Sequence record: MH243438.1
Length of the DNA: 64,000 nucleotides
Reading direction: 5' to 3' (one strand)
DNA from: Escherichia phage vB_EcoM_NBG1
The notes below the pieces were generated by a model. The model had not been told where the DNA came from. It saw only the letters and a list, made by a program, of their open reading frames with translations, and searched no databases. Below are positions 56,473-64,000 of this stretch, piece by piece. Each line of letters opens with the position of its first letter. Positions within the stretch are counted from its first letter, which is position 1. Position numbers and translations under genes: made by a program.

Positions 56473-56942
56473 TTAGCCTTATATTCAAGAGTAGGACAGA
56501 CTTTTTCTTTACGAGCTTTAAGGTATTCGCCTATTAATGATTTCTTACGTTCAATAGGCTCAAGTCCATTTTTAATTCGTTCTTGGTTTTGCGCAATGAG
56601 CTCAATTTCTTTATAATATTTTCTGTCGTTATATTTGTCTAACAGCCAAGACGGACCAATTACCAACCCGGTAGCAATAAAAGCCATGACTGCTACAATT
56701 AAAATGCCCACACCAATTGAGGCCGGAACTAATGTCCATAGACTGCTAAAAACAAAGAATTTAGTTAAAATTTCCTGGCCAATGATTGTGACTGCTGCTA
56801 AAATCGCAAATCCAATAATTGAAGCAGCCAATACCGGGATTAACGTTTTCCAAAAATAAGCACACAACGTTTTCGGACGATTCCATGTACTATTGAACGC
56901 GGCATAAATTTTAAAGTGCCAAGAGTTTTCATTGATAATCAT
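56469..56942 (-). CDS. membrane protein (3 predicted TM helices)
   Basis: 157 aa; hydrophobic segments and a basic C-terminal tail; stop overlaps NTase start (ATGA). Confidence 0.6.
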   Translation of the reverse strand: MIINENSWHFKIYAAFNSTWNRPKTLCAYFWKTLIPVLAASIIGFAILAAVTIIGQEILTKFFVFSSLWTLVPASIGVGILIVAVMAFIATGLVIGPSWLLDKYNDRKYYKEIELIAQNQERIKNGLEPIERKKSLIGEYLKARKEKVCPTLEYKAK

Positions 56943-56951
56943 AATAATTCC

Positions 56952-57482
56952 TTATTTCAAAGTTGGGATAATAGAATCGAGATAAGCTTTAAGAGCAACT
57001 GCTTCATCTTTGTCTAATGTAATGATATGCTGACGAAGGTCATCAATTTGGCGAATAACTACGACATCACCGTCTTCATAAGAAGGATTAACGCCTAGGA
57101 CTGTTGTATAGTCAGGGCGGTCCTGATTTGTAATAAAAGCATTACGGCATTTAGCCCATTGAAGTTTGGCCTTTTTGGCAGTTTCAGATTCTATGAATTC
57201 TTTCACCTTAGTGACGAATGTTTTCCAATTATTGATAGAAAGGCATTCATCTTCTGTTTCGATATTAACCCCACTATAAAGACCGTGATAAAAACGAACT
57301 TGAAGGTCTTCATCAATGTTAATTACAGATGCATGGCCGGGCGGATTGAGTTTCAAAATCTTGTCCAGTTCCATAGGAAGAATAGTAACAGCATCATCTT
57401 CTTGTGTCAGAACGTAAGCATAACCACGTTTTTCGATACATAAATCGCCAAACAACTCGGTTGTTTCAATTACAGTTTTCAT
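56952..57482 (-). CDS. hypothetical protein
   Basis: 176 aa from ATG 57482 (MKTVIETTELF..). Confidence 0.6.
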   Translation of the reverse strand: MKTVIETTELFGDLCIEKRGYAYVLTQEDDAVTILPMELDKILKLNPPGHASVINIDEDLQVRFYHGLYSGVNIETEDECLSINNWKTFVTKVKEFIESETAKKAKLQWAKCRNAFITNQDRPDYTTVLGVNPSYEDGDVVVIRQIDDLRQHIITLDKDEAVALKAYLDSIIPTLK

Positions 57483-57483
57483 A

Positions 57484-57663
57484 TTATTCACCAATTAAAG
57501 TTTCAACAAAATTCACCAAATCATTCAGACAAGCATCAACCTGATTTTCATAAAAGTCTTCGTTATCATTTACTGCATGATAAGCTACATCATTCAAATC
57601 TGAATCGGCTTCACGTAAGTTACGGATAAGTTCCATCAATTTATTAGCTTGTTCACGGGTCAT
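57484..57663 (-). CDS. small acidic protein
   Basis: 59 aa (MTREQANKLMELIRNLREADSDLND..) by manual translation. Confidence 0.4.
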   Translation of the reverse strand: MTREQANKLMELIRNLREADSDLNDVAYHAVNDNEDFYENQVDACLNDLVNFVETLIGE

Positions 57664-57827
57664 TTTACCATACTCGTTTCAATAAGATTCACTATGCCGT
57701 TTACCATGTTATAAGTAAACATCGGATAATTGTATTGTACTACAACATAAGAGATAAGCAAAAGTTTCATTTTGTTCTCCGTTCGTTTTGGTAGGACTAC
57801 TATAACATAATCCTACCAAGATGTAAA

Positions 57828-58034
57828 CTACCGATTGTGTTTTAAATGTTGATAAAGTTCTTCAACTTGTTTAGGGTCCAAAACAATTAGGTCATTTTCT
57901 TGACGAAGATAAATCCATCCCTTATCCCCAGGTCCATTTTTACAAAACATCACCACCATATCATCATCTTCAGCGCTTTCAGGTAAAAGTTCAAGTACAC
58001 CGTCTTCAGATTTTCCAGTATAATCGTAAAGCAT
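57828..58034 (-). CDS. hypothetical protein
   Basis: 68 aa from ATG 58034 (MLYDYTGKSEDG..), SD GAGGA. Confidence 0.5.
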   Translation of the reverse strand: MLYDYTGKSEDGVLELLPESAEDDDMVVMFCKNGPGDKGWIYLRQENDLIVLDPKQVEELYQHLKHNR

Positions 58035-58041
58035 AATATCC

Positions 58042-58221
58042 TCACATAATCTCGTTAACATACATTTGCAATTCGGAGTGGGCGATGGTCATCTTTTTCA
58101 TAGCTCTGTTAATGTCGATGTCTCCATCTTCGCAACCATGAGCATTTTCCCAATCAGATACCGCATTAGCGTACTCTTCAATCAAAAACATTAACTTTGA
58201 AATCTTTTCTTTACGCGTCAT
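58042..58221 (-). CDS. hypothetical protein
   Basis: 59 aa from ATG 58221 (MTRKEKISKL..); SD GAGGAG inside the promoter-spacer inverted repeat. Confidence 0.45.
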   Translation of the reverse strand: MTRKEKISKLMFLIEEYANAVSDWENAHGCEDGDIDINRAMKKMTIAHSELQMYVNEIM

Positions 58222-58225
58222 AATG

Positions 58226-58277
58226 TTCTCCTCTAGTAAGTAAGGACTACTATAACACAACCTGAGGAGAAGTAAAC
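58226..58277 (-). promoter_or_regulatory. early promoter (GTTTAC-N17-TATAGT) with spacer/SD inverted repeat
   Basis: spacer arm 58261-58271 complementary to SD arm 58226-58236 (8 of 11 contiguous). Confidence 0.5.
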
Positions 58278-58322
58278 TGATAGATGCCAAAAAGCCCCAA
58301 CCATAAGGAAGGGGCTAGTAAA

Positions 58323-58625
58323 TTAGATAGATGTAGGCTCTAATTTTATTTTCATGAACTCGGCAAATTGTCTGGCTGTTTTTATGCCTTGTTCATGACA
58401 TTCAAATGCATCATCACAGGGGCTATTTTTGTAATGCTTTGCCATATACTTATAGAATTTTTCAGAATTCTCGACATTTTGAATTTCAAACAAAGTATAT
58501 ACGTTTTTAATCCCTGATTCCATAAAGTTATCAAAATATGGGTCAACATATGCAGTGCCAACAATAGGAGTTGTTACTGCAAAAAACCCCAGCATCACCA
58601 TGACGGCTATCGCTCTTAAGGCCAT
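58323..58625 (-). CDS. rI: lysis inhibition regulator RI-like membrane/periplasmic protein
   Basis: 100 aa; N-terminal signal-anchor MALRAIAVMVMLGFFAV; position just before tk as in T4; identity not verified. Confidence 0.55.
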   Translation of the reverse strand: MALRAIAVMVMLGFFAVTTPIVGTAYVDPYFDNFMESGIKNVYTLFEIQNVENSEKFYKYMAKHYKNSPCDDAFECHEQGIKTARQFAEFMKIKLEPTSI

Positions 58626-58637
58626 ATAGGCCTCCTG

Positions 58638-58850
58638 TTAATTTTGGCCAGTATTTATTTTTCGCCTTTGGACGGCCTTAACATCTGCGAGGTATTTTTC
58701 CAGCTTGCGCTTGCGTGTATAATCAGCTTTAGAACCAGTTTGACGGATATCCTCGTTTAAATGAGAAATAGAATGTCCTAATTCTCTTCGGATTTCATCC
58801 AATTGGGTTACAGTAAGATTACGAAGTTGTCTTTCGTTTAATTGCTGCAT
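58638..58850 (-). CDS. hypothetical protein (rI.1 position)
   Basis: 70-aa basic ORF. Confidence 0.5.
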   Translation of the reverse strand: MQQLNERQLRNLTVTQLDEIRRELGHSISHLNEDIRQTGSKADYTRKRKLEKYLADVKAVQRRKINTGQN

Positions 58851-58877
58851 ATATACCTCTTGGTTAGATATTAGTAT

Positions 58878-59459
58878 TTATAACAATCCTGTTAAATCAT
58901 TCCAATGCTTCCGGCATAATGACACATATCTATCGGTATCACCAATTTCAATTTGACTGCCATCTGTAATTGGAAGACCGTCTTCCGTGACTCTAGCTAC
59001 CATTGTGGCCTTTTTACCACAATGACAGACACCTTTAAGTTCAACAAGCTTATCGGCAATAGCCATTAATGCTTGAGAACCTTCAAATAGATTACCTTTA
59101 AAATCTGTTCGTAGTCCATATGCCATTACCGGCACATTGTATACGTCAACAATACGACTAAGTTGATACACCTTTTCAGTAGTTAAGAACTGAGCTTCGT
59201 CAACAAATACGCAGTGAATATCCTTTTGTGCTGCAGCCCATTTATAGAATTCAAAGATATCCATGTCTTTTGTAATTATATTGGCGTCCTGACGAATACC
59301 AATACGAGAGACTATTTCACCTTTTGAATCGCGAGTATCAATAGCCGGTTTAAGAACTAATACACCCATGCCACGTTCTTTATAGTTATGTGCGGCAGTA
59401 AGTAATGAAGCAGACTTACCAGCGTTCATAGCGGCATAGGTAAAAATTAAACTAGCCAT
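58878..59459 (-). CDS. tk: thymidine kinase
   Basis: 193 aa; P-loop AMNAGKS; zinc site CHCGKKA..CRKHW; strong similarity to remembered bacterial/T4 Tk. Confidence 0.9.
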   Translation of the reverse strand: MASLIFTYAAMNAGKSASLLTAAHNYKERGMGVLVLKPAIDTRDSKGEIVSRIGIRQDANIITKDMDIFEFYKWAAAQKDIHCVFVDEAQFLTTEKVYQLSRIVDVYNVPVMAYGLRTDFKGNLFEGSQALMAIADKLVELKGVCHCGKKATMVARVTEDGLPITDGSQIEIGDTDRYVSLCRKHWNDLTGLL

Positions 59460-59468
59460 AAGAGTCCC

Positions 59469-59651
59469 TTATAGTGAATTCACGTAGTCAATGAGTTCTT
59501 GTTCTTTCCTGTCAAATGATTCCAACAATGCTTGATATTCTTCGTCCGTCAAAGGAGCATATTCATCATACGCATTGGTGGCTGCTTGCTCATCCAATAG
59601 GTCATGGATAAGTTCAAACAGTTTAGTTTTCTCTTCTTTAGTCAATTTCAT
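59469..59651 (-). CDS. hypothetical protein
   Basis: 60-aa acidic ORF. Confidence 0.5.
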   Translation of the reverse strand: MKLTKEEKTKLFELIHDLLDEQAATNAYDEYAPLTDEEYQALLESFDRKEQELIDYVNSL

Positions 59652-59875
59652 TTAGGTTCACCTTCTTTAACGAAATCTGGGTAAGGGTAAAATCCTGAGT
59701 AAAACCATTCACCTTTATGATTGCTACAACCTTTGTTCGAACAGTAACACCAATAATCAAAATCACAAGCCATTTCGTCATTGCATAAAGCAAAAACTAC
59801 AGGCCATTCGCATTTTTCGCATTTAGCACCTGTAAGAATTTTTGTTTGACTCATAGCCATGTCACCTTTAAGCAA
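59648..59875 (-). CDS. Cys-rich small protein (putative zinc-binding)
   Basis: 75 aa with 10 Cys (CEKCEW..CNDEMACDFDYWCYCSNKGC). Confidence 0.5.
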   Translation of the reverse strand: MLKGDMAMSQTKILTGAKCEKCEWPVVFALCNDEMACDFDYWCYCSNKGCSNHKGEWFYSGFYPYPDFVKEGEPK

Positions 59876-60078
59876 TATTCTTCTACATGTTGTTTACGGC
59901 CTTTCTTATCAATAAAGGTATATTCAACGAATGTTCCGATGTAGTCTTTATCTACATCATGTGGACTATTAATTGGACATTTAGTACGACAAATGCGTTC
60001 CCATTGACGAATAATTACTGCCTTATTCTTTGGATCGTATGGATGTGGATAATGTATATTCATAATAACGGTTCCCAA
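59851..60078 (-). CDS. hypothetical protein
   Basis: 75-aa ORF. Confidence 0.5.
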   Translation of the reverse strand: MGTVIMNIHYPHPYDPKNKAVIIRQWERICRTKCPINSPHDVDKDYIGTFVEYTFIDKKGRKQHVEEYCLKVTWL

Positions 60079-60557
60079 TCAACAATCACAATTTCTAGTT
60101 TAGTAGAATACGTATCTAAAATCTCTTCGATGACATCCCAGTTTCCACCACCAATACCTGCACCAATTCTTGGCATATAAATTACAGGCTTTGTTATCTT
60201 ATTCTTTCCGAATTCATTTAATTCTATTATACAATTCATTAAAGCAGAGTACTCAAAATTAGGTCCCGGCTCAAACTGTGTATAAAGATTAAAGCAATAA
60301 GCTTTATAGGTCTTAAAATATTTTTCATAAACCGAATAAGTCCCGAGTTTAGACTTGTCTCCGAATTCGGTTTGAAGTTTATCGGCTTCTAAAATTTTTG
60401 GATAAGCCTTTGCTAATTGGCCTGCTACACCGGCGCCCATTGTATGAAAACAATTACACCCATGAGCAATATTATTACCTTTAGAAAACAGGGCGACAAT
60501 ATCGCCCTTGATATAGTTTTTAATCACTTGCTGCAAGTCCTCTATTATAAGAGTCAA
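60060..60557 (-). CDS. macro domain protein (putative ADP-ribose binding/hydrolase)
   Basis: 165 aa; macro-domain signatures NNIAHGCNCFHTMGAGVAGQ and PRIGAGIGGG. Confidence 0.7.
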   Translation of the reverse strand: MTLIIEDLQQVIKNYIKGDIVALFSKGNNIAHGCNCFHTMGAGVAGQLAKAYPKILEADKLQTEFGDKSKLGTYSVYEKYFKTYKAYCFNLYTQFEPGPNFEYSALMNCIIELNEFGKNKITKPVIYMPRIGAGIGGGNWDVIEEILDTYSTKLEIVIVDWEPLL

Positions 60558-60867
60558 CTAGACGGTCCACCATAGAATTGCATGCTGCCTTATCTTTAGG
60601 TTCCGCCACTGAGCATTCTAATATTTGCCATTTTTTATAGTATCTTTTAATTAAGGTAGACGCCTTGAACCTACTAGACGCCCCATCTTTTTCTCCGTCT
60701 TTATACGCGTATAACAATTTTTGTGAAAAATCTACTTTACACTCTTGACTTTTACCACAATAATCAGACGCCGTTCTGTTTGTATACTCCGTTACATCAG
60801 TATATGTAGTATTAGCAAGAGCGTTAAATGAAACCAAGCTAACTATTAAAGCCAACATTTTGGTCAT
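60520..60867 (-). CDS. small secreted protein with 4 Cys (vs position)
   Basis: 115 aa; signal peptide MTKMLALIVSLVSFNALA. Confidence 0.55.
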   Translation of the reverse strand: MTKMLALIVSLVSFNALANTTYTDVTEYTNRTASDYCGKSQECKVDFSQKLLYAYKDGEKDGASSRFKASTLIKRYYKKWQILECSVAEPKDKAACNSMVDRLVDSYNRGLAASD

Positions 60868-61406
60868 TCTTTTATTTCCAGTAGTTTATTTGATTTAAGG
60901 TAATTAGCCTTTTCTAGGACTTCAGAAGCATATTTACTTCCAGCACTTGTCTTCCATCCCGCATTATATGAGGATATAGCTTTTCTTATATCCCCGTTAT
61001 GTATATTTAACCAATAAGAAAATTCGATATAAGCCCATCTGGCTGAATTAGACCGCTTAGATAGCATTTTCTTAATTTGGGCATCAGTCATATTATAACC
61101 AAGCTGGTTAATTCTTGCCCTCATTGTTGGTAGATAATTTTGGAACATTCCATACGCATGGTGACCTTTCTTATCTTTAAGATTAATACCGGCAGATGAT
61201 TCCTGCCATAGTATTGCGGCCATTATGTATCCAAGTCCTTTCTTATGCATATTTTCATGCGTTTTAAATTTTCCGTCCTTAGAAAACTGTTCCCCAAACT
61301 GATAAGCATAATTCAAGTTATCGAGTTGGACATTACTAAAAGTATGCTCGGAGCTATGTGCTGATAACGAAAGAGCAAATAGACCAGCGAGTAGTGCTTT
61401 TCTCAT
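60864..61406 (-). CDS. secreted lytic transglycosylase (SLT domain)
   Basis: 180 aa; signal peptide; SLT motifs LWQESS, AYGMFQ, SYNAG. Confidence 0.7.
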   Translation of the reverse strand: MRKALLAGLFALSLSAHSSEHTFSNVQLDNLNYAYQFGEQFSKDGKFKTHENMHKKGLGYIMAAILWQESSAGINLKDKKGHHAYGMFQNYLPTMRARINQLGYNMTDAQIKKMLSKRSNSARWAYIEFSYWLNIHNGDIRKAISSYNAGWKTSAGSKYASEVLEKANYLKSNKLLEIKE

Positions 61407-61414
61407 GTTTACCT

Positions 61415-61873
61415 CTAGATTTTAATCACTGCTTTAGAAGCTTTTCCTGGTAGTCGTTTACTGTTAATAATAGCCATTCTGCATTGAAGAGTCTTCATTT
61501 TGAATGCCGGATTTTCGCGACAAACTGTAAGTCCTAACCAAAGATTTCCGTCAGTTATTTCTAAACGGCCTGGACGATACTCGACACCTTCGACAAAATC
61601 TTCATCAACATCTGGACGTGCCGGCATTGATAAAAATTCTGCAACTTCTTTAACGTGATTTTTTACTTTATGAAATAATTCAAAAACGTAATTCTCATCT
61701 ATTTCTCTCTGGATGGCACGATCTAAGAGATGTTGAGAATACTTGATATGAAAGCCTGGTAGTCCAAGAGACTTTGCAGCATCTTTTATACCGGCATTTA
61801 TTTTGCGGAACTCCGTTTCAAAGATTCGACGGAGTTTATTACGGCGGATAAAAACTTCCGAATTGATAGTCAT
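61415..61873 (-). CDS. regB: RegB endoribonuclease
   Basis: 152 aa from MTINSEVFIRRNKLRR, near-identical to remembered T4 RegB; ORF-track start at 61897 is a TTG. Confidence 0.85.
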   Translation of the reverse strand: MTINSEVFIRRNKLRRIFETEFRKINAGIKDAAKSLGLPGFHIKYSQHLLDRAIQREIDENYVFELFHKVKNHVKEVAEFLSMPARPDVDEDFVEGVEYRPGRLEITDGNLWLGLTVCRENPAFKMKTLQCRMAIINSKRLPGKASKAVIKI

Positions 61874-61880
61874 TTTGATT

Positions 61881-61930
61881 TCTCCTCTAGTTGACAAGTC
61901 TATAGTAACACAACTAGAGGAGAAGTAAAC
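61881..61930 (-). promoter_or_regulatory. regB early promoter (GTTTAC-N17-TACTAT) with perfect 13-bp spacer/SD inverted repeat
   Basis: arms 61881-61893 (regB SD GAGGAG) and 61911-61923 (spacer); -10 at 61902-61907; -35 at 61925-61930. Confidence 0.6.
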
Positions 61931-62229
61931 TACTCTTTGAAAGGAATTAACTTTTTAACTGCTTTAGATACTTCGTCACGAACCTGATGGAAGTTCTTGA
62001 GCTGTTCAAGGCGTTGTTCGTAATACGCAATCTCATCTTCTTCAAGACAATCGTCAGCGTCTTCTTTCAGATATGCCTTGTACTCATTAAAGAGGGCCCA
62101 TAGGCGGTTCTCAAAGTCATCAAGGCTTTGAATTTTCTTGTGCTTCGGAACAAGGCCAAAAGGATTGCTTTCAGTTATGCGTCTAGATGCTTCATAATGA
62201 GTTCCAAAGCCTGATAGGATTTGAGCCAT
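61930..62229 (-). CDS. hypothetical protein
   Basis: 99-aa ORF. Confidence 0.55.
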   Translation of the reverse strand: MAQILSGFGTHYEASRRITESNPFGLVPKHKKIQSLDDFENRLWALFNEYKAYLKEDADDCLEEDEIAYYEQRLEQLKNFHQVRDEVSKAVKKLIPFKE

Positions 62230-62495
62230 TAGTATTTTTCCTCAGGTCGAAATACTGCACGACATGCCCACATGCTGGCTTCTTTTAGATGTTGCTTAGC
62301 ATACTTAAGAGCCTGTACTGCATCCATATCTTCTTTGGTTTGTTGCTCTGTTTCATTTTCTTTCAAGATATATGCTTCTTCAATCAGAGCATCAAACAAC
62401 AATCCAAGACGGACTTCTGCATCTTTAATAGCGTTCACTTTACCGATTTTATCATCGGTATGCGGCTTGTAGCCTTTGATGTCTTCAATCGACAT
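62229..62495 (-). CDS. hypothetical protein
   Basis: 88 aa from internal ATG 62495 ([15 protein letters not shown]..), SD GAGGAAA; longer version overlaps the upstream ORF. Confidence 0.45.
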   Translation of the reverse strand: MSIEDIKGYKPHTDDKIGKVNAIKDAEVRLGLLFDALIEEAYILKENETEQQTKEDMDAVQALKYAKQHLKEASMWACRAVFRPEEKY

Positions 62496-62709
62496 AAGGA
62501 ATTTCCTCATCGGTGGCAAGGTCATATTCGACCAATTGGATAGGCTCATTAATACCATATCCACGTACAGTGATATCAGTTGCCGGATAGTTTCCAGTAA
62601 TATCACCCATTCTAAATGCTTCAATGAATGATTGCTCGCCTGAGCAACTAAACCAGGCGGCAAAACATTTTAAAACATCTTCAGACCCTTCTATAATCAA
62701 TTTAGCCAT
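62485..62709 (-). CDS. hypothetical protein
   Basis: 74-aa acidic ORF. Confidence 0.5.
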   Translation of the reverse strand: MAKLIIEGSEDVLKCFAAWFSCSGEQSFIEAFRMGDITGNYPATDITVRGYGINEPIQLVEYDLATDEEIPYVD

Positions 62710-63071
62710 TATAGACTCTCAGTAAAGGTACGAGCGATAACGTCGCGCTGCTGTTCCGGAGTCAGAGAGTTAAAGCGAACTGCATAACCGGATACACGGA
62801 TGGTCAACTGCGGATATTTTTCTGGATGCTTAACTGCATCTTCCAGAGTTTCACGACGCAGAACATTAACGTTCAGGTGTTGACCACCTTCAATTTTAAC
62901 TTTAGGTTGATGTTCAATTTCAATTTCACGGGCATTCAAACCGTAGAAAATTTCCGGGTCTACAATAGCGTCTTCTTTAAAAGTCTTAGAGACAATAATC
63001 CGGGCTTGAGTACCGTCTTCAAAATAAATAGTGCCTTTGTGTGTGCCTTCAAGAATTTGATATGCTTTCAT
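62709..63071 (-). CDS. autonomous glycyl radical cofactor (GrcA/YfiD-like)
   Basis: 120 aa; glycyl-radical motif [27 protein letters not shown]; C-terminal half closely resembles remembered E. coli GrcA. Confidence 0.85.
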   Translation of the reverse strand: MKAYQILEGTHKGTIYFEDGTQARIIVSKTFKEDAIVDPEIFYGLNAREIEIEHQPKVKIEGGQHLNVNVLRRETLEDAVKHPEKYPQLTIRVSGYAVRFNSLTPEQQRDVIARTFTESL

Positions 63072-63077
63072 ATAACC

Positions 63078-63386
63078 TCAATTAGAAAATAAATTTATCC
63101 AAGTTTTTTCTTTAATCAAAAATGGGTCGGAATTAAACGCCATTAAACTTTGAGTGATTAATCCCTTAAATGGCCCATCAATAAATTCCATTTTGAAATG
63201 TGGAATACTAGTCATCAACCGTGCATTAGGAGCAGTACAAAGAACCTGCTGCCCTGCGAACGGACCTTTAGTCAAACGGTATCGTTTAGGTTTAAAATGG
63301 TAAATCTCGTAATTTTCTACAAGGGCCCTTTTATTGCATACTGGGCTGGTATAACAATATTCAAAAACTTCAATAGTGGTCATCAT
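63078..63386 (-). CDS. hypothetical protein
   Basis: 102-aa ORF. Confidence 0.55.
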   Translation of the reverse strand: MMTTIEVFEYCYTSPVCNKRALVENYEIYHFKPKRYRLTKGPFAGQQVLCTAPNARLMTSIPHFKMEFIDGPFKGLITQSLMAFNSDPFLIKEKTWINLFSN

Positions 63387-63922
63387 TGCATTCCAATCAC
63401 AAAAAATTGAGGACGAGCATTACCGCCGATGCAATATTTGCTTTTGCAACAGTGTTGGACTGTTTTAATATGTACATTGTAAATCTTATCCATATCAGGA
63501 GCTTTAATAGGCTCGTCAATTATATACAGAATACGAGAAAGCGTTAATCCACGGAATTTAGAACCTTCATTGCCAATAAAACTACGAACAGAATCAGTAA
63601 ATAAACGGAATCGAATATCGTCGCTAGAATAACGAGAAAATTCTTTTTCAATGTTGCCAGCAGAAATTTTAGCATAAGCTGAAGTATTAGAAAGAACAAT
63701 AACTGTTCCGCCATCATACAGCCAATTAGCAGCAAAGTTAGTCACAGCAATTGATTTACCTGATTGTCGGCCGCCGTCTAAACGAAGTGTACAGTACTGC
63801 TTGAGTACGTCTTCAAATGGTGGGACGTAACCGTTCTTACAAATTTCTTCTACTCTAGCATCAGAATGGTGTGTAAAAGCATTCATCAGGGATAGATAAG
63901 GTCCAGTTAAAAATGTTCTCAT
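63383..63922 (-). CDS. hypothetical protein with P-loop-like motif
   Basis: 179 aa from ATG 63922 (MRTFLTG..); GGRQSGKS Walker-A-like segment. Confidence 0.5.
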   Translation of the reverse strand: MRTFLTGPYLSLMNAFTHHSDARVEEICKNGYVPPFEDVLKQYCTLRLDGGRQSGKSIAVTNFAANWLYDGGTVIVLSNTSAYAKISAGNIEKEFSRYSSDDIRFRLFTDSVRSFIGNEGSKFRGLTLSRILYIIDEPIKAPDMDKIYNVHIKTVQHCCKSKYCIGGNARPQFFVIGMQ

Positions 63923-64000
63923 ATTATTTCTCTTAAGGTTGGGGCCCTTCCGTGGCACATGTTAGGTCCTTCGACTCGCTATGTAAACCCATTACCGCAT

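Noticed and set aside
57660-57770. 36-aa hydrophobic ORF (MKLLLISYVVVQYNYPMF..) with ATGA coupling to the next gene
   Set aside because: Very short and low complexity; coding status uncertain
1-64000. tRNA genes, integrase or transposase
   Set aside because: No cloverleaf-sized non-coding gaps and no recombinase motifs seen; the T4 tRNA cluster would lie beyond this window

Overview
This window looks like the early/replication arm of a T4-like (Tevenvirinae) myovirus genome, starting at the rIIA end of the T4 map. Almost every gene is on the minus strand and tightly packed, with many ATGA/TAATG start-stop overlaps. Conserved core genes recognised from motifs and remembered T4 proteins are, in T4 order: rIIA, fused topoisomerase 39/60, dexA, dda, modA/modB, soc, 56, 61, dmd, 41, uvsX, 42, 43, regA, 62, 44, 45, 46, 47, 55, nrdH/G/D, 49, nrdC, rI, tk, regB and a GrcA-like glycyl-radical cofactor. 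The most notable accessory content is a sugar-nucleotide module between genes 42 and 43 (arabinose-5-phosphate isomerase, HAD phosphatase, fused sugar-1-kinase/nucleotidyltransferase, plus an unassigned Cys-rich 386-aa protein), together with a glycosyltransferase-like gene between rIIA.1 and gene 39 and replacement of the T4 alpha-gt/beta-gt loci. This points to a non-glucose hmC hypermodification pathway, probably of the arabinosyl-hmC type reported for RB69-like phages, with several unassigned components. A second accessory island (54.0-57.5 kb) encodes a P-loop ATPase, a Pol-beta-type nucleotidyltransferase, a membrane protein and a late-promoter-driven secreted peptide. Regulatory architecture is rich: sigma70-like early promoters (GTTTAC-N17-TATAAT) occur as near-identical cassettes, several with perfect 12-13 bp inverted repeats pairing the promoter spacer with the downstream Shine-Dalgarno. 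There are also TATAAATA late promoters, UUCG-tetraloop hairpins and a 22-nt direct repeat flanking an inserted gene. No tRNA, CRISPR, intron, integrase or transposase was found. All protein assignments rest on motif reading and memory of T4 proteins; none was checked by database search.
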